From Vicugna vicugna (Eukaryota): a stretch of DNA of 64,000 nucleotides. Location: positions 509,061 through 573,060 of the forward strand of contig MU058423.1 in assembly GCA_013265495.1 (NCBI GenBank), written 5' to 3'. The translations under genes were made by a program, and so were the position numbers. Under the pieces are notes generated by a model. That model searched no databases and had not been told where the DNA came from. It saw only the letters and a list, made by a program, of their open reading frames with translations. Positions 23,031-35,493 of this stretch are shown here, piece by piece (positions within the stretch are counted from its first letter, which is position 1; every line of letters begins with the position of its first letter).

Positions 23031-25689
23031 ATCATGCAGGCTCACATCCTCTTACTTGTCCCTGGCCCTGCCTTCAGTTTGAGGGCTGGCCTGTCCTCTT
23101 GGTCACTCACTACTGGCTTCTCAGAGGACGGGCCACTCCAGCCATAGAAGTCTCCTGCCCTGAGCCCACACCCACAGCCTTCCTCCACTACCTTTCCCAG
23201 CTCCTCTCCCCCTAGTTTCCGGGTCTGAGTTGCAGGGGGATCCCCTGGAAAGAGGTTAAGAGGTGAAGGTCTCAGGAGTGAAGAGCAGATGGATGGGCTC
23301 TGTGAATGATGGCAGATGAGGGGAAAAAAGGCTGATCTAATCCAAAGGAAGGAGAGGCCCAGGGTTACTCTTTTGAAATGAATGAGTGTGTGGAGCATGG
23401 AGGGCAGGGGAGCTGTGAAGATGGTACGCACTTCTGCCCAGCTCACTTGCAGATGAACAAGAAGAAGCCCCAGCTGAGAATTAAGCCAGAGGAGGATCAT
23501 AGAGGACTGAGTGGAGGGAGGACAGCCAGAGCCAATCTTCCTGCACAGCGTGAAGCGCTGAGCCTGCCTCCAGGGCCTCTTTCCCCCTCCCACCCCAGCC
23601 CCATCATCTGCCAGTCGACTTTGCTCCTACTCGTGTTTTCCAAGGGCACTTGCCCTGTGGAATGTCTGGCTCGTGGTAGAATCCCAGGCACCAGCCCTCG
23701 ATTTTTATCTCACACTGGGGGCTTCGAGGTGACCCAGTCACTCTCCCTTCATGCAACTTCCGGTGGGCCTCCTGGACTTAGCTGGGAGCCTTACTTTTCC
23801 CCCATCCCATCCTTGTGCCCTGTGCTATTTCCCCTCTTTGCTTTTGTTCCTGGTCTGGCTGGAGCTGAGCTTTACTGCTGAGCAGGGCTGGCCTTCACTG
23901 CTGTCTGGAAAGATTGGATCTGGCTGATTGTGGACATTTCCAGACCATTTGATGAGTGGGCCCCTGTAAAAGGGGGTGGCAAGTGGCTGGAGGGGAGGCC
24001 AGGGAGGAGACACTCTCCTTACACTCACTGAAAATTTGGACCTTTCTGCAGATGTGGATTCTTCTCCTTTTTCTACCCCAATCCTCAGCTTTCCTTCCTC
24101 ACTGTCACTGCCTCTTTGCCTCTACTTCCTCCAATGACTTGGTGGCTCTCAAATAACAAGTATCTTAGGGACACCTGCAGCTAGAGGAGATCTGGTTCTT
24201 AGTAGCTCTAGGGTATGCCCTGGCAGGTGACCCCCAAAGTTGGGGAGCTAGGATACCCCTGACCTGCTGCTTTGACCTGGGATGCCAGTCAGCGGCAGGA
24301 GAAATGGCAGGGTTGCCCCAGGAAGGGGCGGGGTGGGGCCACATACTGGCAAGGTGAGATATCATGCTCCAGGGAGCTGGCTCACTGTTCTGGGGGGACT
24401 GTCTGAGGATGGAGGTTTCAGAGGCTGCATCTCTTGTGGCAATGGAAATGGGTGGGGAAATCACAGGCTGGCCCATTCACGTGGCAGTGTCCACAGTTCT
24501 CCCACACTGTGCTGCTCAGATATACTAACATCCTCTGTCTTCTTAGGGTGCAACGTATTTCACTGACATGGACTTTTGGCAAGCAGATTAGAACCTACCG
24601 TTGGCTACACCGCACTAGAAAGAGCCAAGTTTGTAAATTTATTAAAGATATTGGACCCCTTTCTCCACCACCCCTTTGCCCGCTATGCCCTCAAAATTTG
24701 TGCTGATCTAACCAGACACATGGCTCATGGGAAGCTTCCAGAGTTGAAATTCCACTGAAGTCCATCCAAGATTGAAAATCTGAGTCTGTGAGCAAGATCC
24801 TCCAATGAACTTGCATCTCATCTGATAATCTAGGAGCTCTGGACCCATGAAGGAAGGCAGAGTGCAGTGGGGCAAGGGAGCAGATGCCTGTGGGCTCTCT
24901 TTGGCCTGGGCTACTCTCACCAGGTCAGTGCTTAAGCCACATCTTGGGACACAGTGTGACCCTGCTGGCTTGGGAAGACCATGAACTAGACCCGTCTGTA
25001 GGGTGGGGCAGGTCTGAAGGAAAGAGCTGTGAGTAAGCACCTGAATGGTGGGGAGCGTGGCCCTGGGGAGCAGTCAGCATGCTTGACGGTGTGGGGCAGG
25101 GAGGGAACAGGTCTGATGCGAGGCATCCTGGCAGGTGGATTCAGCAGACAGACACGGAATCCAGCTCATGTGATTCTAAGAAACATGCGGCTGTCATCAA
25201 GTACACCTTGTTTCTTACAGCATTTATTTATTTATAACATTCTGTTATCTCAAAAGCAATCTCATGTGGCTTCACTGTGTAGATGTTACTGAAATCATTC
25301 TTGAGCTTTCAATCATCCATGTAAGATACGTAAAATGAACAGTACACACTAGAACTGCAAAACTACTATAAATAGATACATTGCACCAGAAATCTACTCT
25401 TTGACACTTTTCCTTTTGATATAATTTCACACTTAACAGAAAAGTTGTTGTCTTTTTGCATTTGCTTTATTACGCTCTCAGGTGATTTGAAAGCAGGGAG
25501 CAGCATTGGAGCCATCAGGCCTAGGGAAGGGGTGTCTGTCCTAGGGCGACATGCAACCACAGGCAAGGGGGCCCTGAGAGACAGGGGACTGAGTCGGTCA
25601 GCAGAGCAGCAGAAAATGTGCAAAACAGGCCACCAAGGGAACTTTCCAGAGGGACGGGGCACTCAAAGCCCATTTTGGCCACCACTTGT

Positions 25690-25885
25690 TTTTTCATCTT
25701 CAGGAAACTGCTGAACCTCTCTGAGCCGTCATTTCCTCCTCGGTAAATGGAGCGATTAATGTCGACTTCAGCAGGTTTCTTGTGAGGATGGAATGAGCTG
25801 ATGGGGGGAAAGTATCTTACAGGGCCTGGCACATAGTTAGTGCTCAGTAAACAGTAGTTGTGAATAAGCTTGATGATGATGATTA
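25690..25885 (+). mobile_element. MIR
   Basis: GAACCTCTCTGAGCCGTCATTTCCTCCTCGGTAAATGG..TTGTGAGGATGGAATGAG..GCCTGGCACATAGTTAGTGCTCAGTAAAC. Confidence 0.85.
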
Positions 25886-27799
25886 GCATAATAAAGAGGT
25901 TGAGACTGGAACCTGGCCCAGCTTCATGCAGCAGGTGGGGCCAGCCGGCTGGGCCTGCAGCAGCTGGCAGGGAGCACGCGGACCTGCAACCCTGGCAGGA
26001 CTCATGCTTCTCTGGGCATCGTGGCGTGACTGCTGGTGTGGGGAGGACCGCGTGAGAAATTCTTCTGCTTGAGAAACTAAGTTCCTCTGGTCTAACTCCA
26101 GGGGTTGAGGATCTTGGGTAAGGAAAGATGAAAACTGACAGCCACAGAATGCCCCTCCCCTGGCCCGAGGAAGGATGAATGGAATATTTGAGATGCTGGA
26201 AGCCCTCCTACATGGTAAGTTCAAAGAACAGAAAATATCTTGCTTCCCTGAGGATTCCAAACAGACTTTGCAAAAAAAATGTAATTAAGTTCCAAGTCCC
26301 TGGAAATCAATCATGCTCCCAGGAACTAATACCTTGGCTTGTTGATTAGAAGTGAGGGGAGCCAGGGGCAATTACTCTCTGATGAGGGAAATTCTTTGCG
26401 CAGTGATCCAAGGGCAGGGAGCTGGGGGCTAGGGAGGGGTAGGGGCAGTGAGGTGGCCTCTGGGAGCCGTGTCTAATTACACGTGACCTGTTTCTGTGGG
26501 CTGAAGTTCTCCATTGGCTACAACGTCCATCTTCCGATCTGCACTTGAGTCTCAGGAACTTCTCTTCATTTGGGGGGAAACTGAGTAGAAACAATGACTG
26601 GATCCCAGGGCTCACCGAGGCCATCAGTCACTGCTTAGTCCATTTCCCTATTGCCAGCTAGAGTGAGAGCAAGTGGGGACACAAGACAGCCTGCCACTTA
26701 GCCACATCTGCAGCGAGGCTCCTGGTACCCAGCCCTGCCCTGGGCACTGGGCCTGGTACTTGCTCCCAGAACTTGACAAGCTTCCCTCTGGAAGGAGGTA
26801 ACACTGAACAGGAAGTCAAGAGCCTTGGGACCCAGCTAGAGTTCTGACTCTAACCAACCTGTGGAATGAAAGATTTGGTCAACGCAATCTGCAAGGTCCC
26901 CTCCCAGCCCAGACATCCTTCTCTCTGACTCTTTGCTGTGCGGGATGGAATGGAGGGCAGTCTGGTGGCTGAGAGGCAGGGTAAATATGGAGAGAAGGCG
27001 AGGAGGTAGAGTACCAAGAGACAGGTAAGCTGCAGTAGGGATGATAGATGAAGGCTTGAGGACTGTGCACAGACTCAGAGAACAGTCTGCTGACAAAGCG
27101 ATGCTGGCTCTGCAGCCGAGGATCCTGGAGGGCTGAGAGGGTGGTGAAGGGAACGGGAGTGAGTCAGCCCAGCACAGATTTCTCTCAAGCCAGATAACCA
27201 GTCCCAGCCTGTTTTCCCCCCAGCCCCAGGTCTCTCCCTGCCCCTCCCTGGCAGATCACCCAGAATGCAGCGCGCGCTGAGGGGAGTAAAGGTGGAGAAA
27301 GGAGACGAGCCGTAGGAAACCCTTATGAAGCAGCTCTCTCTGTGTCCCTCCCTGGAGGTCTAGGGCAGCTCCCAGGGGTTACAGATCCAAAGTCCCCTAA
27401 GTGCCAGTGAGGGACCAGCAGCAGTGCCGCCTGAGGCCCAGAGGGGCTGAGGGTCAGAGACCAGGCTGGGTGCAGCCTATAGGATATGGCTGAGCACCCA
27501 ATGTAGGTGATGCATTTGTCCCATATCACTGCTGCCCCCAAGGCCTTCTGATCCCTAGGGCTTGGTAAGGAGGAGGGACTGACAGGGGTCCCAGAGGGTG
27601 TGTGTGAAAGCATCTGGAGATACTTCAAAACCCTTACTATAAAAATATAAAAAGAAAATTATTACCAACCTCTTCCAGCCTGGCCTCCGAGCCCTTGACT
27701 CTCCGTTGGGCTGGTTGGCCCCACCCCGCAGGCAGGAGCAGGCAGCAGCAGCTCCCACCTCTGGTAGTTCTCTTTCTGAGTTTCCCACAAAACTTGAGG

Positions 27800-28180
27800 C
27801 TAGACTGTCTTCCTTTTACAGATCAAGCAACTGAGCTTGTCCTGCTGAAGCTACTGGCCCAGGAGAGTAGTTGAAAGCAGGCACTTTGGGAACACGAGGA
27901 CTTTGGTTCAAGTCCCAGGTCACCTACTCATTAGCTGGGTGACTAAAAGCCATTTCTGTATAGGTGGAGATTCATTCCTTCATCTCTAAAATGGGCAGAA
28001 ATAATATCTTCCTCATATAGCTTGTGAGGATTAACTAGAATCATCCATGTAAAGAGCTCAACATAGTACCTAGTTCATAAGAAGCTGTTTCCACTACCAC
28101 TATTATTATTACTACCACTATTATTAAGTTCCTGGCAGAGCCAGACCTAGAATCTAGGTCACCTTACTCTAGCGTAAGTG
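27800..28180. mobile_element. Near full-length plus-strand MIR (~27860-28125) nested in a minus-strand MIR
   Basis: TTTTACAGATCAAGCAACTGAG (minus core), then GGTTCAAGTCCCAGG..CATCTCTAAAATGGG..TTGTGAGGATTAA..TATTATTATT (plus), then GGCAGAGCCAGACCTAGAATCTAGGTC (minus element resumes). Confidence 0.7.
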
Positions 28181-28829
28181 TTATCCTGAAACTTCATCTT
28201 GACTTGATTAAGTTGTCTTGGGGTCCTTGGCCTGTTTGGGGTCAGAGGCAGGGGGATGGCTGAGATGAACTCTGGAATTTTGGGCCCCAGAGCAGCTCTC
28301 CTGGAGTCCCCACTCTCACTGTCCACCGTGGTGGACCTGCATCCCCTCTTCCACTCTGCCTCTTCTCAGACCCATATCTGAGTGAGCTGAAGGTCTTCTG
28401 ACCTCCCCTTAACCAGGTGGCAGCTTCAGGAGTGGAGCCCCTGGCCCCGACACTTCCCTCCTGGCACACCTGGGCCACTCTCCTGACCCGGTGTTTGTGC
28501 TGTGCCATTGAAGTCTGTTTGCTTTCCCAGCTGCTAATGGCTAATTTTCTCTGAATCGTAATTGCTTTACCCCATTAGGCAGGATAATTAAGATGGGATG
28601 GTGGGCCCATTTGCTCAGTACACAGAGGAGCTGACAGCTGTCCTGGGCTCTCCCCCAGTGCCCGTCCACTCCTTCTGTTGGCCCCTCCCCTAAAACCTCT
28701 GTGATCCCCACCCTGGGGGCTTGGAAGAGCTGCAAACTGTCCACAACTCCTGAGGTCCTTCAGTCACAAGGTGTTATTGAGCACTACGTGCAGGAGATCA
28801 GCCACCCAGTTTGCTGAGAGCAGGTTGTA

Positions 28830-29080
28830 ACTAACATTTACTGGTATTAATTTACATCCATTGAATGCTTCCAGTGTTCCAGACCCCGTGCTGAACACAT
28901 TATATAAATGATCTCATTTAATCCTAACAACAGTGCTACTGTTATTAACCCCAACTTACAGACGAGAAAACTGAAGCTGTGAGCTGTTACATAAGTGCTC
29001 AAAATCACACCCAATAGGAGACAGAGCTGGGATAAGAATTTGGGTAGTCTGCAGAACCAATGCTCTTAATCACCCCTCCC
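28830..29080 (-). mobile_element. MIR
   Basis: ATCTCATTTAATCCTAACAAC..CCCAACTTACAGACGAGAAAACTGAAGCT..ACAGAGCTGGGAT. Confidence 0.85.
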
Positions 29081-29994
29081 TGATCGGTGTGTGGAAAGGA
29101 CAAAACTCCCAGTTTTTCCTTCTTTCTCACTCCCTTCTTCATTTTCGTGCATTGTAGTTTTATTTTTATAAACACCATCCAGGCAGCTTCCGCATTGCAG
29201 GGCATGGCGCTGAAACCTTGGTTGTTTTGCAATTAACAGAAGATTACAGATCCCCTAGGTCTCTGGTTATACCCTGAAGACAATTAAATGCAGAAAACTA
29301 AAAATGTTAAGGGAAAATAATCCTGCATTCTGAAACTAAATAGAAAGCATCAGAGGTATCTGTTGTTTTTGGATTATCCATGAGTGTGGATAATCAAGAG
29401 TTGGCTGTATTTTTATGCACAACTTAATCTGCAGTTTCTAAACAACTTCTGGGGTACAATTTTGGACAACAAATTAGTTTCAGATGAGGGACTCTTGCTC
29501 CTCCTTGAAAAGCATTCTTCATTTCAAATTGTCCTCGCTGGCAGCCATCAGGGTAAATAAGAAAGCAGAGAATTAAGCTGTTGATACAAATCCTGGCTTT
29601 CAGTTGGCCCTCATTTTCCATCACAGATCTTGGTGCATCTTCCCCTTCAGGGGACTTCCGGAGCAGAGAGGAGGAGCTGGTCCAGCAGTATGGCCAGGCT
29701 TCAAGGCTTTGTGTGCAAGCTCTCCTTTCACCCTCCCAGTGGCTTCTGCTCCTTTGAGGAGCCATCAGCCAATTCTGGAAGTGGGGCCAGCTCAGAGGGG
29801 CCCCTGAGCTGCTGGGATCAAACTGGAAGCTTCTTGTCTAGGCAGAGCTCCCTGGTATGAGACCGCACAGCTACATGCAGCAGTCTCCCTGTGCCCAGGC
29901 AGTCAGTGGGGAATAAGGATCTTTCCCCAGGGAACAAGAAAGTGGAAAGTGTGATGGGATCCACAACAAAGCAGGCTGTTAGTGCTCCATAGAC

Positions 29995-30610
29995 CTCATC
30001 TTAATCAATCTCCATTACAACGCCTGGAAGAGGGTGCATGCATTTCTACCCTACAGATGAGGACACTGAGGCTTGGGGAGGTTGCCCCTTAACTTCTTAA
30101 GGGAAGGAAAATTGTATCAGAAATATTATAGAACCATCTTCAAAAGGAGATGAAATGGGTTGCATCTCTTTGAAGAATTAAGTTACAGTTCTCTTTGTTT
30201 TGCAATAGTACAGAAGAGTCACAAGATTTTCGTTAAATAAGAAAACGCAAAAGAGGAGAGGTTGCTTTGGTGTAACTTGGCTGATAATCTTCAATACATC
30301 TACCCAGCTGGCATTCTGCCTTTGTGCCCATGTGAATTTGTTCTTTCATAATGAGAGCAAATGTGGATAGCACTTACTATGAGCCAGGAACCATTCTAAG
30401 GGATTTTGCTTCATCACTCACTTGCTTCATGACTTATTTAATCTCTACAGCAAGCCTATAAAGTGGGTGCTTTTATCGTTTCCAATTTACAGATGAGGAA
30501 TGCGAAGCACAGAATGGTTAAGTAATTTGTTCAAGGTCACACAGCAAGTGAAAGGCAGAAGTCAGATTTGAACTTGGGCAGCCTGATTAAGAGTCTGTGC
30601 TTTAACTACA
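29995..30610 (-). mobile_element. Two MIR copies (~29995-30090 and ~30355-30610)
   Basis: Cores CTACAGATGAGGACACTGAGGCTTGGGGAGGTT and TTTACAGATGAGGAATGCGAAGCACAGAATGGTTAAGTAATTTGTTCAAGGTCACACAGC. Confidence 0.85.
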
Positions 30611-31399
30611 CCCACAGAGAATCTTCCACAGCTTTTTATGGCTCAGGGCACACATTTCTTGCTCTTCTTCGGTGGTGTGACCCTTCAGCTGTGATCTCTT
30701 GCTTGGTTCTCTGTGCCTCTGGGAATCATTCTATGTCTGTGTCCAGCATTTCTGTCTGGGGACAGCTCTTGCCTTGATAATGGAGCTCTGCAGCACAAGG
30801 GGCCTTGGTTTTTCCTACTCCCTGCATGGAGCCCAGTGCAGCACCTTGCTAGAAACCTGTATGGTTCTCCACTTGGAAAGAGCGTCGCTTCTTTCTTCAT
30901 TTGCTTATTTGATAGATGTGTGCTGGCTGTGCACTCCGTGCTGGCACTGGGCTAGTGCTGGGAGGTGTGGATGCAACACAAAGTCTACCCAGGAACTCTC
31001 CTCTGCTCCACCCTCTACTCAGCTCCACCCTCACTGGGGTGGGGGTGGGGCAGAGACAACTGAAGATCCAGTGCAGCCTTGAAGGGAAAAGCCTTGGCAC
31101 CAGGTAGCCCAGGAAAGTGTGGGAAGGGGAGCAGCTGCAGCCTTTGGCTGCAGTGAGGGGTTGTGTGTTGAGGCGTCCCCGGGCAGCAGGGGACTCCAGA
31201 TAACAGTCCTCAGGTCTCTGCAGCCTCAGCTCTGGACGGTGGGCTTCACACCTAAATTGTTTCTGGGTTCCCCACTGTGCCTGGCACAAGGTAAACCATT
31301 AGTAACTGCATTCTTGCCTGCGTGAAGATGCCCCCTGGCCATTGTTTGGTGCTGATTACAAGGTCGAGAGCTCAGGATTTCTCAGGGAGGCTGGGGCTT

Positions 31400-31830
31400 A
31401 TCTCAGCCAGGGTCCCCCAAAGAAAATGAGTTCATTCCGGGTGGTTCCAATGACAGGACCTCAACGAAGGGAGGGCTTACAGAGGTAAGGGTAGGGTTAA
31501 GGGAATAAACAGCGGTTAGTGAGGTACCCAGGCCAGCCCTCAGGCTGGGAGGAAAGGGTGCTCCCAGAGGAACTATGTAAAGAGGGGCGCTCTGCAGGAA
31601 CTACAGTCCTGCATGGTTAGAACCAGAGAGGAGCCAGAGACGTGGCCCTGAAGCCAGCAGGTTGCAGGGAGGAAATGCTCCAGCCTTCCCTTCTCCCACC
31701 CTCTGAACTCCTCCAGGGCCTCCCATTGGCAATCCCTGCCCGGAGCAGCAAGGGAGCCTGGGTGACACAGTCCCCCTCCAGGGGCACAGAAGGGTGGAGA
31801 TCAGATGGAGAACAGACGCAGCTGTAAACT
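31400..31830 (-). mobile_element. ERVL solo LTR, LTR33-like
   Basis: GGGTAGGGTTAAGGGAATAAAC..CTTCTCCCACCCTCTGAACTCCTCCAGGGCCTCCCATTGGC..GCAAGGGAGCCTGGGTGA..AGAAGGGTGGAGA. Confidence 0.75.
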
Positions 31831-32625
31831 AAGCAGAGCAGGACCCTTCCTGACCCGCCCTGCTGCCCACCCCACTGGCACAGGGCCTGTAGCCTCTCCT
31901 CTGCAGGACGAGATTCTAGAGCAGCCAGGGCCTGGGGCTCAGGCTGATGTGGGGGAATCAGTCTCTCTCCCTCTCCCCTCTTTCCCCACTTATGCTCCAA
32001 ATTTTAGAGGCCCCAGGTTCTAGGCATCTGGCCCTTTTTCTCTCTTCTCCTTCCCAGCTTCTCTGTGCCTTCTACTAACTGACTTTGGCAGCCGGGCCAG
32101 CCCAGAGCCAGGCGCTGAGCCCAGGTGGGAGGCACAGCCAGGGCGTGTGTGGCGGCGGGAGCGTGGCCTGGTTGGTCAGACTCTGCTGCTCAGCCTCTTA
32201 CTTCCCCAAACAAAGGCCACCAACCTTCTCTGGGAAGCACACAGCCACCTGTCCTCACTGCTCAGCACCAGGGCTCCTGGCCCCTTCCTTCCCCTGTGAT
32301 GAAGAGGAAAATAGGTGTTCCTATACCTTTGCAGTTTCTCAGAGAGATTTTTTTGAGGGCAGGGTGGGGTCAGAATAGGACCATAGCCTGTATCTCTCTG
32401 CAGCCTGGGAAGAAGTTGAGCAAAAGACCCCTATTTTCCAGTGGCCAGCTCGGTGGGGTTTCAGTTGCTCCCTTCTTTCAGTTAGTAAATATTTGGGGGC
32501 ACCCACTGTGACCAGCAGTGCCACCATCCCATCTAGTGCGCCTGGGTGAATTTTGCCATCTGACTTCATTCCAATGTGTGCCAGGCAGGCTCTTCTGATA
32601 TCGGATGATGGGACTTGGTTTGCAA

Positions 32626-32699
32626 TCAGCCAGATTTTGTGCACGTGGGCAAATAGGGAGAGTCAGCCAGATTTTGTGCACGTGGGCAAATAGGGAGAG
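32626..32699. repeat. Perfect 37-bp tandem duplication
   Basis: TCAGCCAGATTTTGTGCACGTGGGCAAATAGGGAGAG at 32626-32662 and 32663-32699, identical. Confidence 0.97.
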
Positions 32700-32739
32700 G
32701 GGCCTATTTCCTGAAAATTGGAAGAGCCACTTAGTTTCT

Positions 32740-34205
32740 CCCTCTAGTTTCTCTACCTGGGTGAACAAGATACGCAGCCACACTCCCTTTGAGGAATTTT
32801 GGCTTTCCCATCCCATGGGGTCCTAATGGAGCTGTCAATCACGATGCCCTGCCTCCCACCATCAGCACGTGACACAGCTGGCCAATCAGAGAGCCCCATC
32901 TGCCTTGGGCAGGGATTCATCTGGCTGTGGGCATGGTAGGGTACAACTATCAGTGGGTTTTCCCCAATTGTCTCCTCCCGTCCCCCAAGCCTGCCTTTCT
33001 TATCTCAGCTCAGGACAACTCCGTCATTCCTGTTGCTCAGGTGGGAAATCTTGGAGTCATTCTTGCCACTTTTCTTTCTGTCAATTCACATATTCCTCGG
33101 GAAGTCTGCTCCATTTAAAAATATGTCCTGTATCTAATCACTAATTCCATTCTAGTCAAAGCCACTAGCACCTCTACCCTGTACGATCACAATAGTCTCC
33201 TAATTGGTCTCCTCATTTCAACCCATTCCCCTTGTAGTCAGTTCTCAGCACAGCAGCCAGAACGAGCCTTTTAAAATTTAAGTCAGAGTCTGTCATTTCT
33301 CTGTCCCAAACCTTTCAGTGACAACTTATTTCTTTCTCTTAACGTCATACATAATGTCCCCACAACCTTTCTATGATTGTCCATTTCTCTCTACAAAGCT
33401 GTACATAAAATGTCCCTTCCCCCTGTTAATTTCTCTGACCCTATTTTCTCTATTGCCCCCTTGCTCACCCTGCTCTAGTCACACTGGCCCTTCTCTGTCA
33501 TGCATCATGCCAGGCATGCTCCCACCTCAGGGTCTTTGCACAGGCTGTTCCCTTTGCCTGGTATGCTCTTCCTTCAGATGTCCACCTTGTTCACTCTCTT
33601 GCCTCCTTCAGCTCTCTGCTCAAGTGCCACTTTCTTAGTGAGGCCTTTTTTGCCCCTACCTCCAGTTTAATAATGTACTGCCTGGCACTTCTACCCACCT
33701 TCTGTTTTATTTTTTCTGCAATGATCACCATGGAACACACTATTTACTTCATCTACTTGTCTCTTTGTTGTTGTTGTTGTTCCCCACCCTGCCTCCAATA
33801 GACTGTCTATTCCATAGGGCATGAGATTTACATTTGTTTTGTTAATGGTCATATCCCTGAGCCTGACCATACAGGTGCTTCCTAAATTCTTGTTGAATGA
33901 ATATATGAACTTAGTGTATTGGCCCCAGGAAACCTGCCCCCTTCTGCGTGGTTGGCTCTCAGAGTACAGGTGTGGGTTCTCTCCCCTACCACATGGAGAC
34001 AACTTGCCTGAGAGTGTGGCCCACAGATGGAAGGGGCAGAGGTGGGGACACCAAGTCCTGAGGACACTGAGTCCCTGGATATACTTGTCTCCCCTGGCAT
34101 GACCCATTCCTTCCTGGGCTTCCCAGTCCCCCCAGAACTTCCTCTGTGGCTTAGCTGGCTTGTGATAGGGTTGATCATTGCAACAGAATGAACCTTGGAT
34201 AAGAA
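32740..34205 (+). mobile_element. MLT1K-like LTR split by an L2 (LTR parts ~32740-32940 and ~33920-34205)
   Basis: 5' part CACGTGACACAGCTGGCCAATCAGAGAGCCCC. 3' part CCTACCACATGGAGACAACTTGCCTGAGAG..GAGTCCCTGGAT..GCTTAGCTGGCTTG..TTGCAACAGAA. Confidence 0.65.
32960..33910 (+). mobile_element. L2a-like LINE, ~950-bp 3' portion
   Basis: CAACTCCGTCATTCCTGTTGCTCAGG, CAATAGTCTCCTAATTGGTCTCC, CACAGCAGCCAGA, CCCACCTCAGGGTCTTTGCAC and the tail AAATTCTTGTTGAATGAAT. Confidence 0.9.
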
Positions 34206-34574
34206 AGTCTAGCCCTTGGGGACTGTGTTGATTCAGCCAAATAACAGAGTCTAGGCATCTGGAAAGGGAAGCTAGCCACAGAGGTGCGGGCTGACATATG
34301 TTCTGCTGAGCTCACCCCAGACAGACAGGGCAGAATATTCTGGCTGTGAGAGAAATCCTTCTAAGAGCAGGAGTTGAATTTCCCCTGCTCTGCCCTTTGC
34401 AAATCTACTAAAGGCAGATCTTCACCTGAGACTCAAGGTCACACAGGAAGGACAATGAAGACCGATAGTCCCCAGCTGATTCCAGCCCCTTTGGCCTTCT
34501 CAGATCACCATGAGTGGCAACAGGAAGGGGAGCCCTGGATTCTTGAAAGACCTTTGATCGATCATGTCTGAAAT

Positions 34575-34950
34575 ACTAGGCCAGAATCTTGGCTTTGCCA
34601 TTTATCTTGGCAAGTCACCATGTCTCCCTGGCCTCAGTTTCCTCATCTGTAAAGTGAGAAGGTTGAAATGAATTTCACCCAAAGTTCCTTTCAGTGTGAC
34701 GGTCAGTGGAGGAGGCAGAGCATTGTGGTTAAGTATGCAGGCTCGGGCGTCAGACTGCCTGAGGTCAGATGTACTGCAGACTGCATGCCTGACTTTTGAG
34801 CCTCAGTTTCCTCACATTAAAATGGGATTCCTAGTTGTACCTACCTCATGGGGTGGTTGTAAGAATTAAATTAGTAGAACACATAGATGGCTCAGAATTG
34901 TGCTAGGCACATACTAAGTCCTCGAAAATATTTGTTGTTGTTGTTGTTTG
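34575..34950 (+). mobile_element. Two adjacent MIR-family copies
   Basis: Two cores, GGCCTCAGTTTCCTCATCTGTAAAGTG and GAGCCTCAGTTTCCTCACATTAAAATGGG; the second has the head GCAGAGCATTGTGGTTAAG. Confidence 0.85.
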
Positions 34951-35493
34951 CTATTAATACGATTATTGAGAGGATTTTTCCTGGCTCCTGGAGTGGTTTC
35001 TGCTCCCATCTCTGAGGGTGACACCTTCCAAAGGCAGGGCTCCTCGCCCAGGGCTTGCAGCCACCTCACTTGTACCTGAGTCATGACCATTCTCTCCCTC
35101 TCCCTGTGGTGACTAGAGGCAGCACTAAGCTTGCCCGAAGGCCAGGAGTCAGCTTCCCCTTCTCCTGCTGCAAGCTGGGGCTTACTTTGGAGAATTTCCA
35201 CAGTACTTTTAGCATATTTTGCTTGGGCTAGCTTATTTACATCAACCATACAGCTTACCACTGTCATAAATTTTTATTCCTATGGACATGTCTAAACTTA
35301 TGGGTTGAAATAACATAATTTACATGCTGTTTAGTATGCAGATTGGGTTAATCTGCTTCTGCTTCTATAAATTCACCACCAGGCCTGTGTAGCTGCCCTC
35401 TCCCTCCAGGACCTCAGCCTGATTTGAATATCGCACTCTGTTGTGTGGAGGGCGGTGTGAGATGCTTGCATCTTGAGTCACCCCTAGACAGCT

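Noticed and set aside
23042..23881. Longest ORFs in the track (183 aa minus, 167 aa plus)
   Set aside because: Non-ATG starts, overlap on opposite strands in GC-rich sequence, no recognisable domain or exon structure; consistent with chance.
32626..32699. 37-bp direct repeat of CRISPR-like length
   Set aside because: Only two adjacent copies, no spacer, no cas genes, and a mammalian context.
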